Shown here piece after piece: positions 48,716-60,116 of a stretch of 64,000 bases of DNA. Origin of the DNA: Clostridia bacterium (GTDB lineage Bacteria > Bacillota > Clostridia > TANB77 > CAG-465); NCBI GenBank assembly GCA_017549425.1, contig JAFYUV010000016.1, positions 440-64,439 of the forward strand, written 5' to 3'. The notes beneath the pieces are model-generated. The model was not told the DNA's origin. It did not search any database and worked only from the letters and a program-made list of their open reading frames with translations. Position 1 is the first letter of the stretch. Every line of letters begins with the position of its first letter. The position numbers and the translations under genes are program-made.

Positions 48716-49774
48716 TTATTGTCCTGATTGTAATCTTTCGGCTCTATCATATGCTTGAAGAGCTTCTAGTAATTCTTCTATATTTCCATTCATAAAACTT
48801 TCTAATTGGTAAACCGTAAAGTTTATTCTGTGGTCTGTTATTCTTCCTTGAGGGTAATTATATGTCCTTATTTTCTCGCTTCTAGCTCCACTTCCAACTT
48901 GAAGTTTTCTTGTGTTAGCCATCTCAGAATTTTGTTTTTCTTTCATATAATCATATAATTTTGCTTTTAGCATTCTCATACAAGTTTCTCTATTTTGAAT
49001 TTGAGACCTTTCTGTCTGACAAGCAACAACAAAACCAGTTGGAATATGTGTAATTCTAACGGCTGATTCTGTTTTATTAACGTGTTGTCCGCCTGCTCCA
49101 CTCGCTCTATATGTATCAAACTTCAAATCTGATTGGTTTATTTCAACTTCAATATCATCCACCTCAGGCAGAACTGCTACAGTTACTGTAGAAGTGTGTA
49201 TTCTACCACTAGCCTCAGTCTCAGGAACACGCTGAACTCTGTGAACACCGCTTTCGAATTTTAGTTTGCTATATGCACCTTTACCTTTTATATTAAAAGA
49301 TATTTCTTTTATTCCACCTAGTTCCGTTTCATTTAAATCCATAACCTCTACTTGCCAATGCATCAAATCTGCATACATAGAATACATTCTATACAAGTTA
49401 TACGCAAACAATGCAGCTTCTTCACCGCCAGCACCACCACGTATTTCTATAATAACGTTACTATCATCAGCTTCATCTTTTGGTAATAAAAGTATTTTTA
49501 ATTCTTCTTCTATATTAACTAATTTTTCTTTACCTTCATAATATTCTAATTCTGCCATTTCTTTCATTTCAGGGTCACTCATCAATTCTTCTGCATCTTG
49601 AACATTTTGTTTTACTTTCTTGTACTCTCTATATTTTTCTACTACCTCAGTTAATCCAGAATGTTCTTTCATGTATTTTTTAAACATATTTGTATCTGAT
49701 ATAACTTGTGGGTCTGATATTAAGTTATTTAATTCTTCATATCTTGCTTCTACTTGTTCTAATTTTTCTAACAT
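48716..49774 (-). CDS. prfA: Peptide chain release factor 1
   Basis: ESGVHRVQRVPETE (PxT), GAGGQHVN, RTYNYPQGR; start refined to MLEKL. Confidence 0.97.
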   Translation of the reverse strand: MLEKLEQVEARYEELNNLISDPQVISDTNMFKKYMKEHSGLTEVVEKYREYKKVKQNVQDAEELMSDPEMKEMAELEYYEGKEKLVNIEEELKILLLPKDEADDSNVIIEIRGGAGGEEAALFAYNLYRMYSMYADLMHWQVEVMDLNETELGGIKEISFNIKGKGAYSKLKFESGVHRVQRVPETEASGRIHTSTVTVAVLPEVDDIEVEINQSDLKFDTYRASGAGGQHVNKTESAVRITHIPTGFVVACQTERSQIQNRETCMRMLKAKLYDYMKEKQNSEMANTRKLQVGSGARSEKIRTYNYPQGRITDHRINFTVYQLESFMNGNIEELLEALQAYDRAERLQSGQ

Positions 49775-49916
49775 ATTGTCCCTCTTTCTTCCACTAAACA
49801 TTTTAACATTTTTTTGTTTGTATTTCAAGTATTATAGCCGGTTACAATGGAAATTATAACTAGAACTTATTTTATAACAAAAAAATCCCAACTCGTGTTG
49901 AGACCTTAGTTTTAAA

Positions 49917-50732
49917 CTATACCATAGATTTATTTAATTGCATTGCTTCTAATCTAATTTTATCTGCTATCATAGCTATAAACTCACTATTTGTTGGTTT
50001 ACCTTTATTTGAATTTACAGTGTATCCAAATATTTTATCATGCATAGCAATTTCTCCTCTATTCCAAGCAACTTCTATTGCGTGTCTTATTGCTCTTTCT
50101 ACTCTTGATGGTGTAGTTTTAAATTTTTTTGCTAGTAAAGGATACATTGTTTTTGTAATAGCGTTTATTATTTCTTCATTTTCAACAGAAATTATTATTG
50201 CTTCTCTTAGATATTGATACCCTTTTATATGTGCTGGAACTCCTAAATCGTGTATTATATTAGTTACTTTAACTTCAATTGGTTCACCAGTATGTACTGA
50301 AGTTTTTGCTGTAACATATTTTGTTCCTTTGTTTTCATAAAATGCTGTTGATGTTGTTCCAACCATTTCTTTCAATCTATTGGTTAAAGTTTCTAAATCA
50401 AATGGTTTTATAACATAATATGAAGCCCCTAAAGATATTGCTTTGTGCGTTATTTTCTCTTGCCCTATTGCCGACATTACTACTGTAAAAGGTCTTTTTT
50501 CTAAAACAGACTCATCCAGTTCTTCTAAAACAACAAGCCCATCTTTTTCTGGCATTATTATATCTAATAATAATATATCTGGTTTTAATTCTTTGATCTT
50601 AGGAATAACATTTGTACCGTCGTTTAAGCTACCTACTACTTCCATGCCGCTTTGAGCATTTATATACATCGTTAATAATTTTACAAATTCTACATTGTCA
50701 TCTACTACCATTATCCTCAATTTTTCTTCCAT
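49917..50732 (-). CDS. spo0A: Sporulation master regulator Spo0A
   Basis: Receiver domain (LLDIIMP) + [38 protein letters not shown]. Confidence 0.98.
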   Translation of the reverse strand: MEEKLRIMVVDDNVEFVKLLTMYINAQSGMEVVGSLNDGTNVIPKIKELKPDILLLDIIMPEKDGLVVLEELDESVLEKRPFTVVMSAIGQEKITHKAISLGASYYVIKPFDLETLTNRLKEMVGTTSTAFYENKGTKYVTAKTSVHTGEPIEVKVTNIIHDLGVPAHIKGYQYLREAIIISVENEEIINAITKTMYPLLAKKFKTTPSRVERAIRHAIEVAWNRGEIAMHDKIFGYTVNSNKGKPTNSEFIAMIADKIRLEAMQLNKSMV

Positions 50733-50887
50733 TTTTCCTCCTAATTTTTTCCAGCCGACTTTAATATTTTACAATTCTATATTACATTTTTCAAGCATAA
50801 TTATCGTAAAGTTTTGTATTTTTGTGTCGATTACAAATTTATATGAAAAAAATCACCTAAATTTTACTTTAAGCGATTTTTTATCCT

Positions 50888-51430
50888 TTATTTTATTGGC
50901 ATTTTAGCTATAATTTTTACATTTTGTTCATACTTAATCTCTAATACTTTGCCATTTAATTTGTTTATTTCTAATACCTTTTGCTTTTCTTGGCTATAGT
51001 CTAGTTCATATTCTTTTATCTCATATTTTACGAACTCACATTTTGTTGCTTTATTTAATGCTTTGCTCGCAACTCCTAAATATGCTCTTGTAAGAGGTCC
51101 TGTTCCTAATAATATACCCCCAAAATATCTAGTTACAACTATTAAAACATTTACTAAATTTTCTTTTTCTAACATAGAATATATTGGTTTGCCCGCTGTG
51201 TTTTGAGGTTCTTTATCATCTGTGTATTTCCCTGTATTTTCTAATCTATACGCGAAAACCACATGTTTTGCGTCTCTGTTTTGGTTTTTAATATTATCTA
51301 TAATTTTAAAAATTTGTTCTTCATTTGACACATTGTATAAATATGCGGTAAATATAGATTTTTTTATAACATCTTCGGCTTCAGCTATTAAAACGTCTTC
51401 TTCACCTTCAATTGTATATTTTAATCCCAT
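50888..51430 (-). CDS. yigZ: YigZ/IMPACT family protein
   Basis: IKKSIF, DAKH..FAYR, DDKEP..TAGKP, VTRYFGGILLGTG.L.RAY. Confidence 0.88.
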   Translation of the reverse strand: MGLKYTIEGEEDVLIAEAEDVIKKSIFTAYLYNVSNEEQIFKIIDNIKNQNRDAKHVVFAYRLENTGKYTDDKEPQNTAGKPIYSMLEKENLVNVLIVVTRYFGGILLGTGPLTRAYLGVASKALNKATKCEFVKYEIKEYELDYSQEKQKVLEINKLNGKVLEIKYEQNVKIIAKMPIK

Positions 51431-51438
51431 TTTACACC

Positions 51439-52683
51439 TCACATATTAGATCCAGCACTATGTCCTGTAGAAAATGCAATTTGCAAATTAAACCCGCCTG
51501 TAAACGCATCGACATCTATTACTTCTCCCGCAAAATATAATCCAGACACCAATTTTGACTCCATCGTTTTAGGATTTAATTCCTTTACGTTTATCCCGCC
51601 ACTTGTAACTATACCCACACTAATTGGCGCTAATGCTTTAACTGTTAAATCAAAGTTTTTAATAGTTTTTACTATCTCTTCTTTTTCTTGTTTAGTTATA
51701 GCATTGACTTTTTTATCCTCAACAATATTGGCTTGGGTTAATATTGGAGTAATAATGCTTTTAGGCAAAAGGTCAACCAATGCATTTTTTGCATCTTTAT
51801 TTATGTACTTAGTAAAATCTCTTGTAAGCCTTTTATATAATGTATTAAAATCTAGAGCTGGTTTTAAATCTATGCTTGCAATAATTTTATTATCATTGAA
51901 TAATTCATCAATATTATTCAATTTATTAACAATACTGCTACTGCTTAAAACAATTGGCCCACTTATGCCTTTATCTGTAAACACCAATTCTCCAAATCTT
52001 GTGTCTATAACTTTTCTTTCTGCCTTAACAGTCAGATTAACATTTTTTAAAGTTAAACCTTCTAGGTTTTTACACAATTCTTTTTCTTCAACTATAAATG
52101 GAACCAAAGCAGCTTTCGGTTCTACAACACTGTGTCCAACTTTTTTTGCCAACTCATAACCATCGCCTGTACTCCCAGTTCCAGGATAACTTTTACCACC
52201 TGTAGCTATAACTATTTTTTCCGCAAATATTTTAGAACCATCAAGTAATTTTAAGCCTATAACTTTTCCGTTTTGTAGTTCAAGTCCTTCTACTATGGAA
52301 TTATATCTGATAGTTACATTCATCTTTTTTAGTAATTTTTCAAAAGCTTTAGTTAATTCTTTAGCCTCGTCTGACGCCAAAAACACTCTGTTTCCACGTT
52401 CTATTTTGGTCTTTACTCCCAAGTCATTTACAAATTCTATTAAATTTGTATTATCAAAAGAATTAATACTACTCATTAAAAATTTAGAGTTTGTTATAAC
52501 ATTGTTTAAAAAATATTGATTATCTAAACTATGCGTTAAATTACATCTGCCTTTTCCTGTTATATTTAATTTCTTGCCTATACAATTATTTTTTTCTATT
52601 ATCTCAACATCATAATTCTTTTTTCTAGCTTCTATTGCGGCCATTATACCCGCTGGGCCGGCCCCTATAACACAAACTTTCAA
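51439..52683 (-). CDS. NAD(P)/FAD-dependent oxidoreductase, HI0933/YhiN family
   Basis: IGAGPAG, GKKLNITGKGRCNLT, ATGGKSYPGTGSTGDG, GLYFAGEVID..TGGFNLQ. Confidence 0.93.
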   Translation of the reverse strand: MKVCVIGAGPAGIMAAIEARKKNYDVEIIEKNNCIGKKLNITGKGRCNLTHSLDNQYFLNNVITNSKFLMSSINSFDNTNLIEFVNDLGVKTKIERGNRVFLASDEAKELTKAFEKLLKKMNVTIRYNSIVEGLELQNGKVIGLKLLDGSKIFAEKIVIATGGKSYPGTGSTGDGYELAKKVGHSVVEPKAALVPFIVEEKELCKNLEGLTLKNVNLTVKAERKVIDTRFGELVFTDKGISGPIVLSSSSIVNKLNNIDELFNDNKIIASIDLKPALDFNTLYKRLTRDFTKYINKDAKNALVDLLPKSIITPILTQANIVEDKKVNAITKQEKEEIVKTIKNFDLTVKALAPISVGIVTSGGINVKELNPKTMESKLVSGLYFAGEVIDVDAFTGGFNLQIAFSTGHSAGSNM

Positions 52684-52692
52684 TTTCTTCTC

Positions 52693-53943
52693 CTAACTTA
52701 TATTTGATATTGCTCTACAAATAGCTAAACTTGCACTTTCATAAGTAATACCACCTTGTAAATAAGCCATATATGGTGGTTTAACTGGAGCGTCCGCAGA
52801 TAGTTCAATACTTGCTCCAGATACAAAAGTTCCAGCTGCCATGATAACTGGGTCAGTATATCCAGGCATGTCCCAAGGTTCTGGTCTAACAAAGCTATCT
52901 ACCGGACTAGCTGATTGAATTCCTTGGATGAAAGATACTAGTTTTTCTTTATCTCCAAAAGTAACAGATTGAATTATATCTGTTCTATTAACCTTGCTAG
53001 TTGGAGATACTACATAGCCCATTTTTTCCATCATTGCTGCTGTTAATATACTTGTCTTAACTGCATTAAGTACTATATGAGGCGCCATAAACAAACCTTG
53101 CAATATTTCTTTGTTTTTTCCTAAAGTAGCACCACATTCTTTTCCTATTCCTGGTGCAGTTAAACGTTCTGCCGCTCTTTCTACACATTCTTTCTTTCCA
53201 ACAATGTATCCACCGGTTTCGCAAAGGGATCCTCCAAGGTTCTTTATTAAAGAGCCAGCAATAATATCTGCCCCAACCTCTATAGGTTCTTTTTTTTCAA
53301 CAAACTCACCATAGCAATTATCTACCATAATTAATACATCTTTATCTATTTCTTTTATGTATTTTATTACTTCTTCTATTGTCTCTATAGTTAATGATTC
53401 TCTTGTAGAATATCCTCTTGATCTACCAATAAATACTAGCTTAATTTTATTAGACTCTAATTCCTCTTTTATCTTAGCAAAATTAAAAGAATTATTAATT
53501 AAATCCACTTGTCTATATTTCACCCCAAGATTTATTAAAGACATTTTATTCTCCACAATGCCAATGCTTTCTGCCAAAGTATCATAGGGTTCTCCAGTAA
53601 TAGATAACATTGTATCTCCTGGCAATAGATTTCCAAATAGCGCTGTAGATAACGCATGTGTTCCGTTTACAAATTGAATTCTAACCAAAGCGTCTTCGGC
53701 TTTAAATATATCTGCATATATTCTTTCTATTGTTTCTCTTCCTATATCATCATAGCCATAACCAGTAGATTTTATAAAATGAGTTTCACTTACCCTATTA
53801 TTAAAAAATGCATTCATTACTTTAGCTGTGTTGAATTCCGCAATTTCTTCACAGCGCTTAAAAATATTTGCGTGTTCGCCTTCACACTTTCTCATTAAAT
53901 CTAACACTTCTTTTTTTATTCCCAACATCTCTGCTATATCCAT
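52693..53943 (-). CDS. PLP-dependent methionine gamma-lyase family / aluminium resistance protein (YnbB-like)
   Basis: TGYGYDDIGR, DNCYGEF, GSLIKNLGG, PWDMPGY..VIMAAGTF. Confidence 0.93.
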   Translation of the reverse strand: MDIAEMLGIKKEVLDLMRKCEGEHANIFKRCEEIAEFNTAKVMNAFFNNRVSETHFIKSTGYGYDDIGRETIERIYADIFKAEDALVRIQFVNGTHALSTALFGNLLPGDTMLSITGEPYDTLAESIGIVENKMSLINLGVKYRQVDLINNSFNFAKIKEELESNKIKLVFIGRSRGYSTRESLTIETIEEVIKYIKEIDKDVLIMVDNCYGEFVEKKEPIEVGADIIAGSLIKNLGGSLCETGGYIVGKKECVERAAERLTAPGIGKECGATLGKNKEILQGLFMAPHIVLNAVKTSILTAAMMEKMGYVVSPTSKVNRTDIIQSVTFGDKEKLVSFIQGIQSASPVDSFVRPEPWDMPGYTDPVIMAAGTFVSGASIELSADAPVKPPYMAYLQGGITYESASLAICRAISNIS

Positions 53944-54223
53944 AACACCCTCCGTTTTATGTTATATATTATACTATATTTTGCTTGTAATAACAAGATT
54001 TATAAAAAAAGATAGCTCACTTTAAGTACGAACTATCCTTCTTCTACCTTTTATTATTCTTCTACTGGTGCAGAAACTGGGCAAACTGATGCACAAGTTC
54101 CGCATGATATACATTTTTCACTATCAATTACGTATCTATCTTCCCCAGCTTCTATTGCGCCTACAGGGCATTCAGTCGCACAAGCACCGCAAGAAATACA
54201 TTCTTCAGAAATTCTATATGCCA

Positions 54224-55075
54224 TTATTCTTCACTTCCTTCCTCTTTAGAACCTTTTTTATTAATTCTTTTCACTTCATCCACATGACAGAAAACAAATC
54301 TTTCTTCACCCGGTTGGCCAAGTTTTAATTTCAATTTTTGAGCTAAAATATCTTGCCCTACAACTTTTCCATTCTCTCCTTGATATTCTATGATTTCATT
54401 CATTTTAGGCAATGTTTTTAATTTTTCTTTATATATATCTTCCTCATATTTTAAGCAACATTTTAATTTCCCACAACAACCAGACAGTTTTTGCATATTA
54501 ATTTGCAAACCTTGCTCCTTCGCTGTTTTTATAGTAACAGATTCAAAATCTGGCAAAAAAGTTCTGCAGCACAACTCTTTACCGCATGTTCCTAAACTAG
54601 GGAAAGATTTCACCTCATCTCTAGGACCTATTTGCCTCAACTCTATTCTTGTTTTAAATTCATTTGCTAATTCTTTTACTAAATCTCTAAAATCTACTCT
54701 TTGTTCTGCAGTAAAATAGAAAATCACCTTAGACTCATCTAATGTATATGTGGCAAAAACAAGTTTCATATCTAAATTATATTTTTTTATTTTATTTTTG
54801 CATATTTCTAAAGATTTTTTCGCTTTTTCTTTTAACTCTTCTTGTCTTTTTATATCTGATGGAGTAGCTTGCCTTTCTATTTTCACAATGTCTTGCTCAG
54901 AAATTTTATCTATTATTTCTTCCTTGTTTACCTTAGATACAACTCTTCCCATTTCTAGACCTTTATCTGTTTGAGCTATAACTAAATCTCCACTTTTTAA
55001 TAGAAAGTTTTGCATTTCTGCATAACAAAGTTTTCCTGTTTTGGTAAATCTAATACCAAGCATTTTATTTTCCAC
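54224..55075 (-). CDS. yaaT: Stage 0 sporulation protein YaaT/RicT (PSP1 domain)
   Basis: FYFTAEQRVDFRDLV, RIELRQIG.RD, CGKELCC, GCCGKLKCCLKYE. Confidence 0.93.
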   Translation of the reverse strand: MENKMLGIRFTKTGKLCYAEMQNFLLKSGDLVIAQTDKGLEMGRVVSKVNKEEIIDKISEQDIVKIERQATPSDIKRQEELKEKAKKSLEICKNKIKKYNLDMKLVFATYTLDESKVIFYFTAEQRVDFRDLVKELANEFKTRIELRQIGPRDEVKSFPSLGTCGKELCCRTFLPDFESVTIKTAKEQGLQINMQKLSGCCGKLKCCLKYEEDIYKEKLKTLPKMNEIIEYQGENGKVVGQDILAQKLKLKLGQPGEERFVFCHVDEVKRINKKGSKEEGSEE

Positions 55076-55088
55076 TTTTTACCTTCCT

Positions 55089-55913
55089 TTATTTCATTAA
55101 TTCTATAACCAATTTACATTTTTGCATATCTTCACTAGCATTTGCCAAAAGCGCTTTTTTTGCATCTTCTATTAATTGTATTTTAGCATACTTGCCTTCT
55201 TTTAACAATAAAAATTCCAAATATTCCACTGTGCTTCTATCTTTTAAATCTATTTCTTGGAATAATTCTATGAGCTTTAGCTTGTCTTTAGTATTCATGC
55301 CACAAATAACTGATTGAATTGTTGTATATTTCTTAAGAACATCTTCTCCCGCCATATTCAACAATTCTTTAATAGAGCCATCGGCAAATTCTAACATCGT
55401 AGAATCAATTTCTATGTTATTAGTTTTACAATATTCTTTCATTTCACTCATTGATAAATTTTCAAAGAATATATTGCTTGTCCTAGATAAAATTGTTGGT
55501 AACAAAGCATCAATATTACTAGTGATTAATATTATTATAACACTTTGTGGCGGTTCTTCTAATGTCTTTAGCAAAGTATTTTGAGCTGCAGAGTTCATTT
55601 TATCTGCATCATCAATTATATACACCTTATATTCTCCTAGAGCAGGAGCAATATACACATCTGATATAATTTCATCTCTTATTTGTTCTACCAATATGTT
55701 TTGCTTATCTTCTAGTTTGGTTATTAGTTTAAAATCCACACAATTATTTAAATTTTCATTATTTAATAATTTTTTAGAAAATTCTAAAGCAATTTTTAGT
55801 TTACCAATTCCCTCTTTACCATAAAATGTATATGCGTGAGAGATGGCTCCTGTATGTAAACTTTGGGCTATAATTTTCTTTGGCCCCGAGTGTCCTAAAA
55901 TGTTTTCAAACAT
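55089..55913 (-). CDS. holB: DNA polymerase III delta-prime subunit
   Basis: ISHAYTF.G..GIGK, KVYIIDDAD.M..AQN.LLKTLEEP, LLPTILSR; upstream of yaaT. Confidence 0.88.
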   Translation of the reverse strand: MFENILGHSGPKKIIAQSLHTGAISHAYTFYGKEGIGKLKIALEFSKKLLNNENLNNCVDFKLITKLEDKQNILVEQIRDEIISDVYIAPALGEYKVYIIDDADKMNSAAQNTLLKTLEEPPQSVIIILITSNIDALLPTILSRTSNIFFENLSMSEMKEYCKTNNIEIDSTMLEFADGSIKELLNMAGEDVLKKYTTIQSVICGMNTKDKLKLIELFQEIDLKDRSTVEYLEFLLLKEGKYAKIQLIEDAKKALLANASEDMQKCKLVIELMK

Positions 55914-55914
55914 A

Positions 55915-56544
55915 TTATATTTCTCCTATTTTGTTTAGAGGCCATATTCTAATATGTACTTTCCCATCTATTTTTTCTAATGGTACAACCCCAAAAACTC
56001 TACTATCCATACTTCCCTCTCTATTGTCCCCCATAACAAACACATGGTTTTCTGGTACTACTAATTCATAATATTCACCAGTTCTAGTGGTTTTTAGTCC
56101 TTCTGTAAGATATGTTTCTTCCAACAACTCATCATTTATAAACACTTCACCTTGTTCTGAAATAAATAGCTTATCTCCACCAACAGCAATTACCCTTTTA
56201 ATATAACTTTTCTTTCCTATATCTAGCACATCATGTATAAACCAATTAACTCCTGAGTATTGCTCATATTTTGCATAAATATCTTCTTTATTGTATTCTG
56301 CAGTTTCTATTGGAGCCTCCAAGGTTACAATGTCTCCTCTTAATATTGTTTTATTAAACAATATTCTTCTTCCTACAAGCACTCTTTCTCCCTCAACCGC
56401 GGTCGGATACATTGAACTTTGTTTTATTCCAGCAATAGTCCCTATAAAAAAGTTAATAAGTGTATATATTACATACGCTATAACAAAACACAACACCCAT
56501 TCTAAAATTTCGTTTGCCACTTTATTTTTTAAGATTTGTTTCAA
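55915..56544 (-). CDS. lepB: Signal peptidase I
   Basis: SSMYPT (Ser), YIKRVIA (Lys), FVMGDNR..SMDSR.FG. Confidence 0.95.
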   Translation of the reverse strand: MKQILKNKVANEILEWVLCFVIAYVIYTLINFFIGTIAGIKQSSMYPTAVEGERVLVGRRILFNKTILRGDIVTLEAPIETAEYNKEDIYAKYEQYSGVNWFIHDVLDIGKKSYIKRVIAVGGDKLFISEQGEVFINDELLEETYLTEGLKTTRTGEYYELVVPENHVFVMGDNREGSMDSRVFGVVPLEKIDGKVHIRIWPLNKIGEI

Positions 56545-56561
56545 AAGCTTTCCTCTTTTCT

Positions 56562-58481
56562 TTAATGTATACCTTCTCCTAAAGGCACAGAATCATCTAC
56601 AAACAATACTTTCACTACATCATTATCCCCAGCAGCAAGTAACATTCCATTTGATTCTATTCCTCTCAATTTAGCTGGTTTTAAGTTAGTAATCATAGCT
56701 ACTTTCTTTCCTATAAGTTCTTCCTCTTTATAATAGGGAACCAACCCAGATACAACTGTACGTTTCTCCGTTCCTAAGTCAACTTCTAATTTATATAATT
56801 TTTTTGCTCCCTCTATTTTTTCTGCAGATAATATTTGGGCTACTTTCATTTCTACTTTTTCCACTTCTTCAATGGTTATTTCTGGAGCTTTTTCCGCTTC
56901 TTCCACAACTTTTTCTTCCATCTTTTTATTTAACTCCTCTAATTTTTCCTTTTCATCTATTCTTGCAAAAAGCACTTTTGCATTTCCTACTTTTGAATTA
57001 TTTTCTATCTTTCCAAAAGTTTCTATGCTACTTAAATCAGAATTACTACTGTTTATTTGTTCCATTATACTTTTTGAAGTAGTTGGCATAAATGGCTCCA
57101 ACATTACAGCTATTATTCTTATAGCTTCTACTAAATTATATAGTACTGTCTTTAAACGTTCTTTACCTTCTTCTGTTTTTGCCAATATCCAAGGAGTAGT
57201 TTCATCTATATATTTGTTACTTCTTCTAGCTATATTCATAACTTGCTCAACAGCTTCAGAAACTTTTAAAGAATCCATTTTTTCTTTATATAGTTTTACT
57301 GCTTCTCCTATATAACCTTTTAAATCATTATCTACATCTTCTGATTCTTCTGTTACATATACATTTCCATCAAAATATTTGTTAACCATAGTAACACTTC
57401 TATTTACTAAGTTTCCAAGAGTATTCGCTAAATCTGTATTGTATCTATTTATAACAGATTCATAAGTTATATTTCCATCTTGAGAATATGGCATTTCAGA
57501 TAAACAAAAATATCTAACAGCATCTGTTCCAAATTCTTTAGCAAGTTCATCTGCATATATAACGTTTCCTTTCGATTTGCTCATCTTGTCATTTCCAAAA
57601 AGCATCCAGCCATGTGCATAAATCTTTTTAGGAAGCGATTCGCCTAAAGCCATTAATATTATTGGCCAATAAATAGCGTGAAATCTTAGAATATCTTTTC
57701 CTATAACATGCAAATCTGCTGGCCAATTTTTATTATATGTTTCGCTTTTTTCATCCACTGTATAGCCTAAAGCTGTTATATAGTTAGACAAAGCATCTAT
57801 CCAAACATAAGTAACATGTTTTTCATTAAAAGATACTGGTACTCCCCAAGTAAAAGATGTTCTAGAAACACATAAGTCTTGCAAACCAGCTTTTAAGAAG
57901 TTGTTCATTATCTCTTTTTTCCTAGATTCTGGTTCTATAAACTCAGGATGAGATTCAATATATTCAATTAATCTATCTTGGTATTTGCTGCATTTTAAGA
58001 AATAGGCTTCCTCTTTTGCTTTCTTCACTTCTCTTCCACAATCGGGACATTTACCATCTACTAATTGAGATTCAGTAAAAAATGATTCACAAGGTGTACA
58101 GTAAGAACCTTCATATTCTCCTAAATATATATCGCCTTGCTCATATAACTTTTTAAATATTTTTTGAACAGTATTCTCATGATAATCATCTGTTGTACGG
58201 ATAAACTTATCATAAGTCGTATCCATTAAATCCCATATATTTTTAATTTCTCCTGCTATATTATCTACATATGCTTTTGGTGTAATTCCTGCGTTTTCTG
58301 CAAGCTCTTGAATTTTTTGGCCATGTTCATCTGTCCCTGTTAAAAAATATACATCTTTTCCTTTTAATCTATTATATCTAGCTATAGCATCTGTAAGAAT
58401 TATTTCATATGTATTCCCTATGTGAGGTTTTTTTGAAGTATATGCAATAGCTGTTGTTATATAAAATTTTTCTTTATCCAT
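56562..58481 (-). CDS. metG: Methionine--tRNA ligase
   Basis: PHIGN, GTDEHGQK, zinc knuckle, YVWIDAL, KMSKS, C-terminal tRNA-binding domain. Confidence 0.98.
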   Translation of the reverse strand: MDKEKFYITTAIAYTSKKPHIGNTYEIILTDAIARYNRLKGKDVYFLTGTDEHGQKIQELAENAGITPKAYVDNIAGEIKNIWDLMDTTYDKFIRTTDDYHENTVQKIFKKLYEQGDIYLGEYEGSYCTPCESFFTESQLVDGKCPDCGREVKKAKEEAYFLKCSKYQDRLIEYIESHPEFIEPESRKKEIMNNFLKAGLQDLCVSRTSFTWGVPVSFNEKHVTYVWIDALSNYITALGYTVDEKSETYNKNWPADLHVIGKDILRFHAIYWPIILMALGESLPKKIYAHGWMLFGNDKMSKSKGNVIYADELAKEFGTDAVRYFCLSEMPYSQDGNITYESVINRYNTDLANTLGNLVNRSVTMVNKYFDGNVYVTEESEDVDNDLKGYIGEAVKLYKEKMDSLKVSEAVEQVMNIARRSNKYIDETTPWILAKTEEGKERLKTVLYNLVEAIRIIAVMLEPFMPTTSKSIMEQINSSNSDLSSIETFGKIENNSKVGNAKVLFARIDEKEKLEELNKKMEEKVVEEAEKAPEITIEEVEKVEMKVAQILSAEKIEGAKKLYKLEVDLGTEKRTVVSGLVPYYKEEELIGKKVAMITNLKPAKLRGIESNGMLLAAGDNDVVKVLFVDDSVPLGEGIH

Positions 58482-58654
58482 TTCAATCCTCCGAAATATA
58501 AAATTTCACTTGTACAATTATATGATAGTTTTAACGTTTTGTCAATTTTTATACCTTTACTTTATACAGTATTTAAAGCAATTATGTAACTATTTTATTG
58601 TAATTAACTTTAAATTGTAATATACTGTATTATATAACAAGAAAGGAGACTTTT

Positions 58655-60079
58655 ATGATAACAAATGACTTATTAGAAAATTTCAAAAAAGCTGTAAAAA
58701 ACAAAAAAGTAGGGGTTATAGGAATTGGAATAAGTAACATTCCTGCAATAAAATATTTACATAATTTAGGCGCGCGTATAACAGCATTAGATAGGAACGA
58801 AACCTTAAGCGATGAAGCTAAAGAATTAAAAGAATCAGGCGTACAATTTATTTTAGGCGATAAATATTTAGACAGTTTGTGTGATTTTGATTACATTTTG
58901 CGTTCTCCTGGGGTAAAACCGTTTACTCCTCAAATTGAAGAAGCTATTAAAAAAGGTGCAAAACTTACATCTGAAATTGAACTCCTAATCGAGCTAGCTC
59001 CTTGCAAAATTATTGGAATAACAGGTAGTGATGGAAAAACAACAACTACTACTTTAACAGCAAAATTTCTAGAGCAAGCTGGTTTTAAAGTATGGTTAGG
59101 AGGTAATATTGGTACTCCCTTATTTAATAAATTAGATGAAATGCAACCAGAGGATGTTATTGTATTAGAATTAAGCAGTTTCCAACTTATGACTTTAACC
59201 AAAAGTCCAAACATATCTATAGTAACAAATATTTCACCAAATCACTTAGACTACCACAGAAGCTATGATGAATATATTGAAGCCAAAGAAAATATATTTT
59301 TATATCAACAAGAAGGAAAAGTTATATTTAATAAAGATGATAATATGACAAATAAATTTTTAAATGATATAACAAGCAAAGACGTATCTTGCGACACTTC
59401 ATTCTTTAGCTTATTACCTTCAGACCAAAAAGGAGTATTCTATGATAATGGTGCTATTTACTACAACTCCGGATTAGATAAAACTCTTATTGAACATAAA
59501 GATAACATCCGTCTAGTTGGCATGCACAATATTGCAAATATTTGCGCTGCCGCTTCTGCTGTAATATCCTTTGCAGGGTCCCAAAGTATCGATGCCATAA
59601 AAAATGTTATTACAACTTTTGATGGAGTTAAGCACAGGATGCAATATATTAAAACGGTTAATGGGGTTACGTGGTATAACGATTCTATAGGCACTAGTCC
59701 TTCAAGAACTATGGCAGGTTTAAAATCTTTTGAAGAGAAAATAATATTAATAGCCGGAGGATATGATAAAAATATTCCTTATGATGTATTAGGCAAACCA
59801 ATTTTAGATAACGTTAAAGAACTTGTTTTATTAGGGAAAACTGCTCCTAAAATTGAAGAAGCCGTGAGAAATGCTGAAAAAGAATTAAATATTCCTTCAA
59901 ATGAATTATTAAATATTACCACTCTTAACTCTCTAGAAGAATGTGTAAACTACTGTCACCAAATTGCCAAACATGGAGATATTGTTGTAATGTCACCTGC
60001 ATCTGCTTCTTTTGATATGTATAAAAACTTCGAACAAAGAGGAGACCATTTTATATCTTTAGTAAATGGATTAAATTAA
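58655..60079 (+). CDS. murD: UDP-MurNAc-L-Ala--D-glutamate ligase
   Basis: RSPG, ITGSDGKTTTT, GGNIG, LELSSFQL, NDSIGT, SPASASFD. Confidence 0.96.
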   Translation: MITNDLLENFKKAVKNKKVGVIGIGISNIPAIKYLHNLGARITALDRNETLSDEAKELKESGVQFILGDKYLDSLCDFDYILRSPGVKPFTPQIEEAIKKGAKLTSEIELLIELAPCKIIGITGSDGKTTTTTLTAKFLEQAGFKVWLGGNIGTPLFNKLDEMQPEDVIVLELSSFQLMTLTKSPNISIVTNISPNHLDYHRSYDEYIEAKENIFLYQQEGKVIFNKDDNMTNKFLNDITSKDVSCDTSFFSLLPSDQKGVFYDNGAIYYNSGLDKTLIEHKDNIRLVGMHNIANICAAASAVISFAGSQSIDAIKNVITTFDGVKHRMQYIKTVNGVTWYNDSIGTSPSRTMAGLKSFEEKIILIAGGYDKNIPYDVLGKPILDNVKELVLLGKTAPKIEEAVRNAEKELNIPSNELLNITTLNSLEECVNYCHQIAKHGDIVVMSPASASFDMYKNFEQRGDHFISLVNGLN

Positions 60080-60116
60080 ATATATAAAAAACAAGGCTTG
60101 AAATTCAAGCCTTGTT

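Noticed and set aside
52693-53943. Aluminium resistance as a special trait
   Set aside because: YnbB-family genes are conserved housekeeping-type PLP enzymes in Firmicutes, so the label is not evidence of an accessory resistance.
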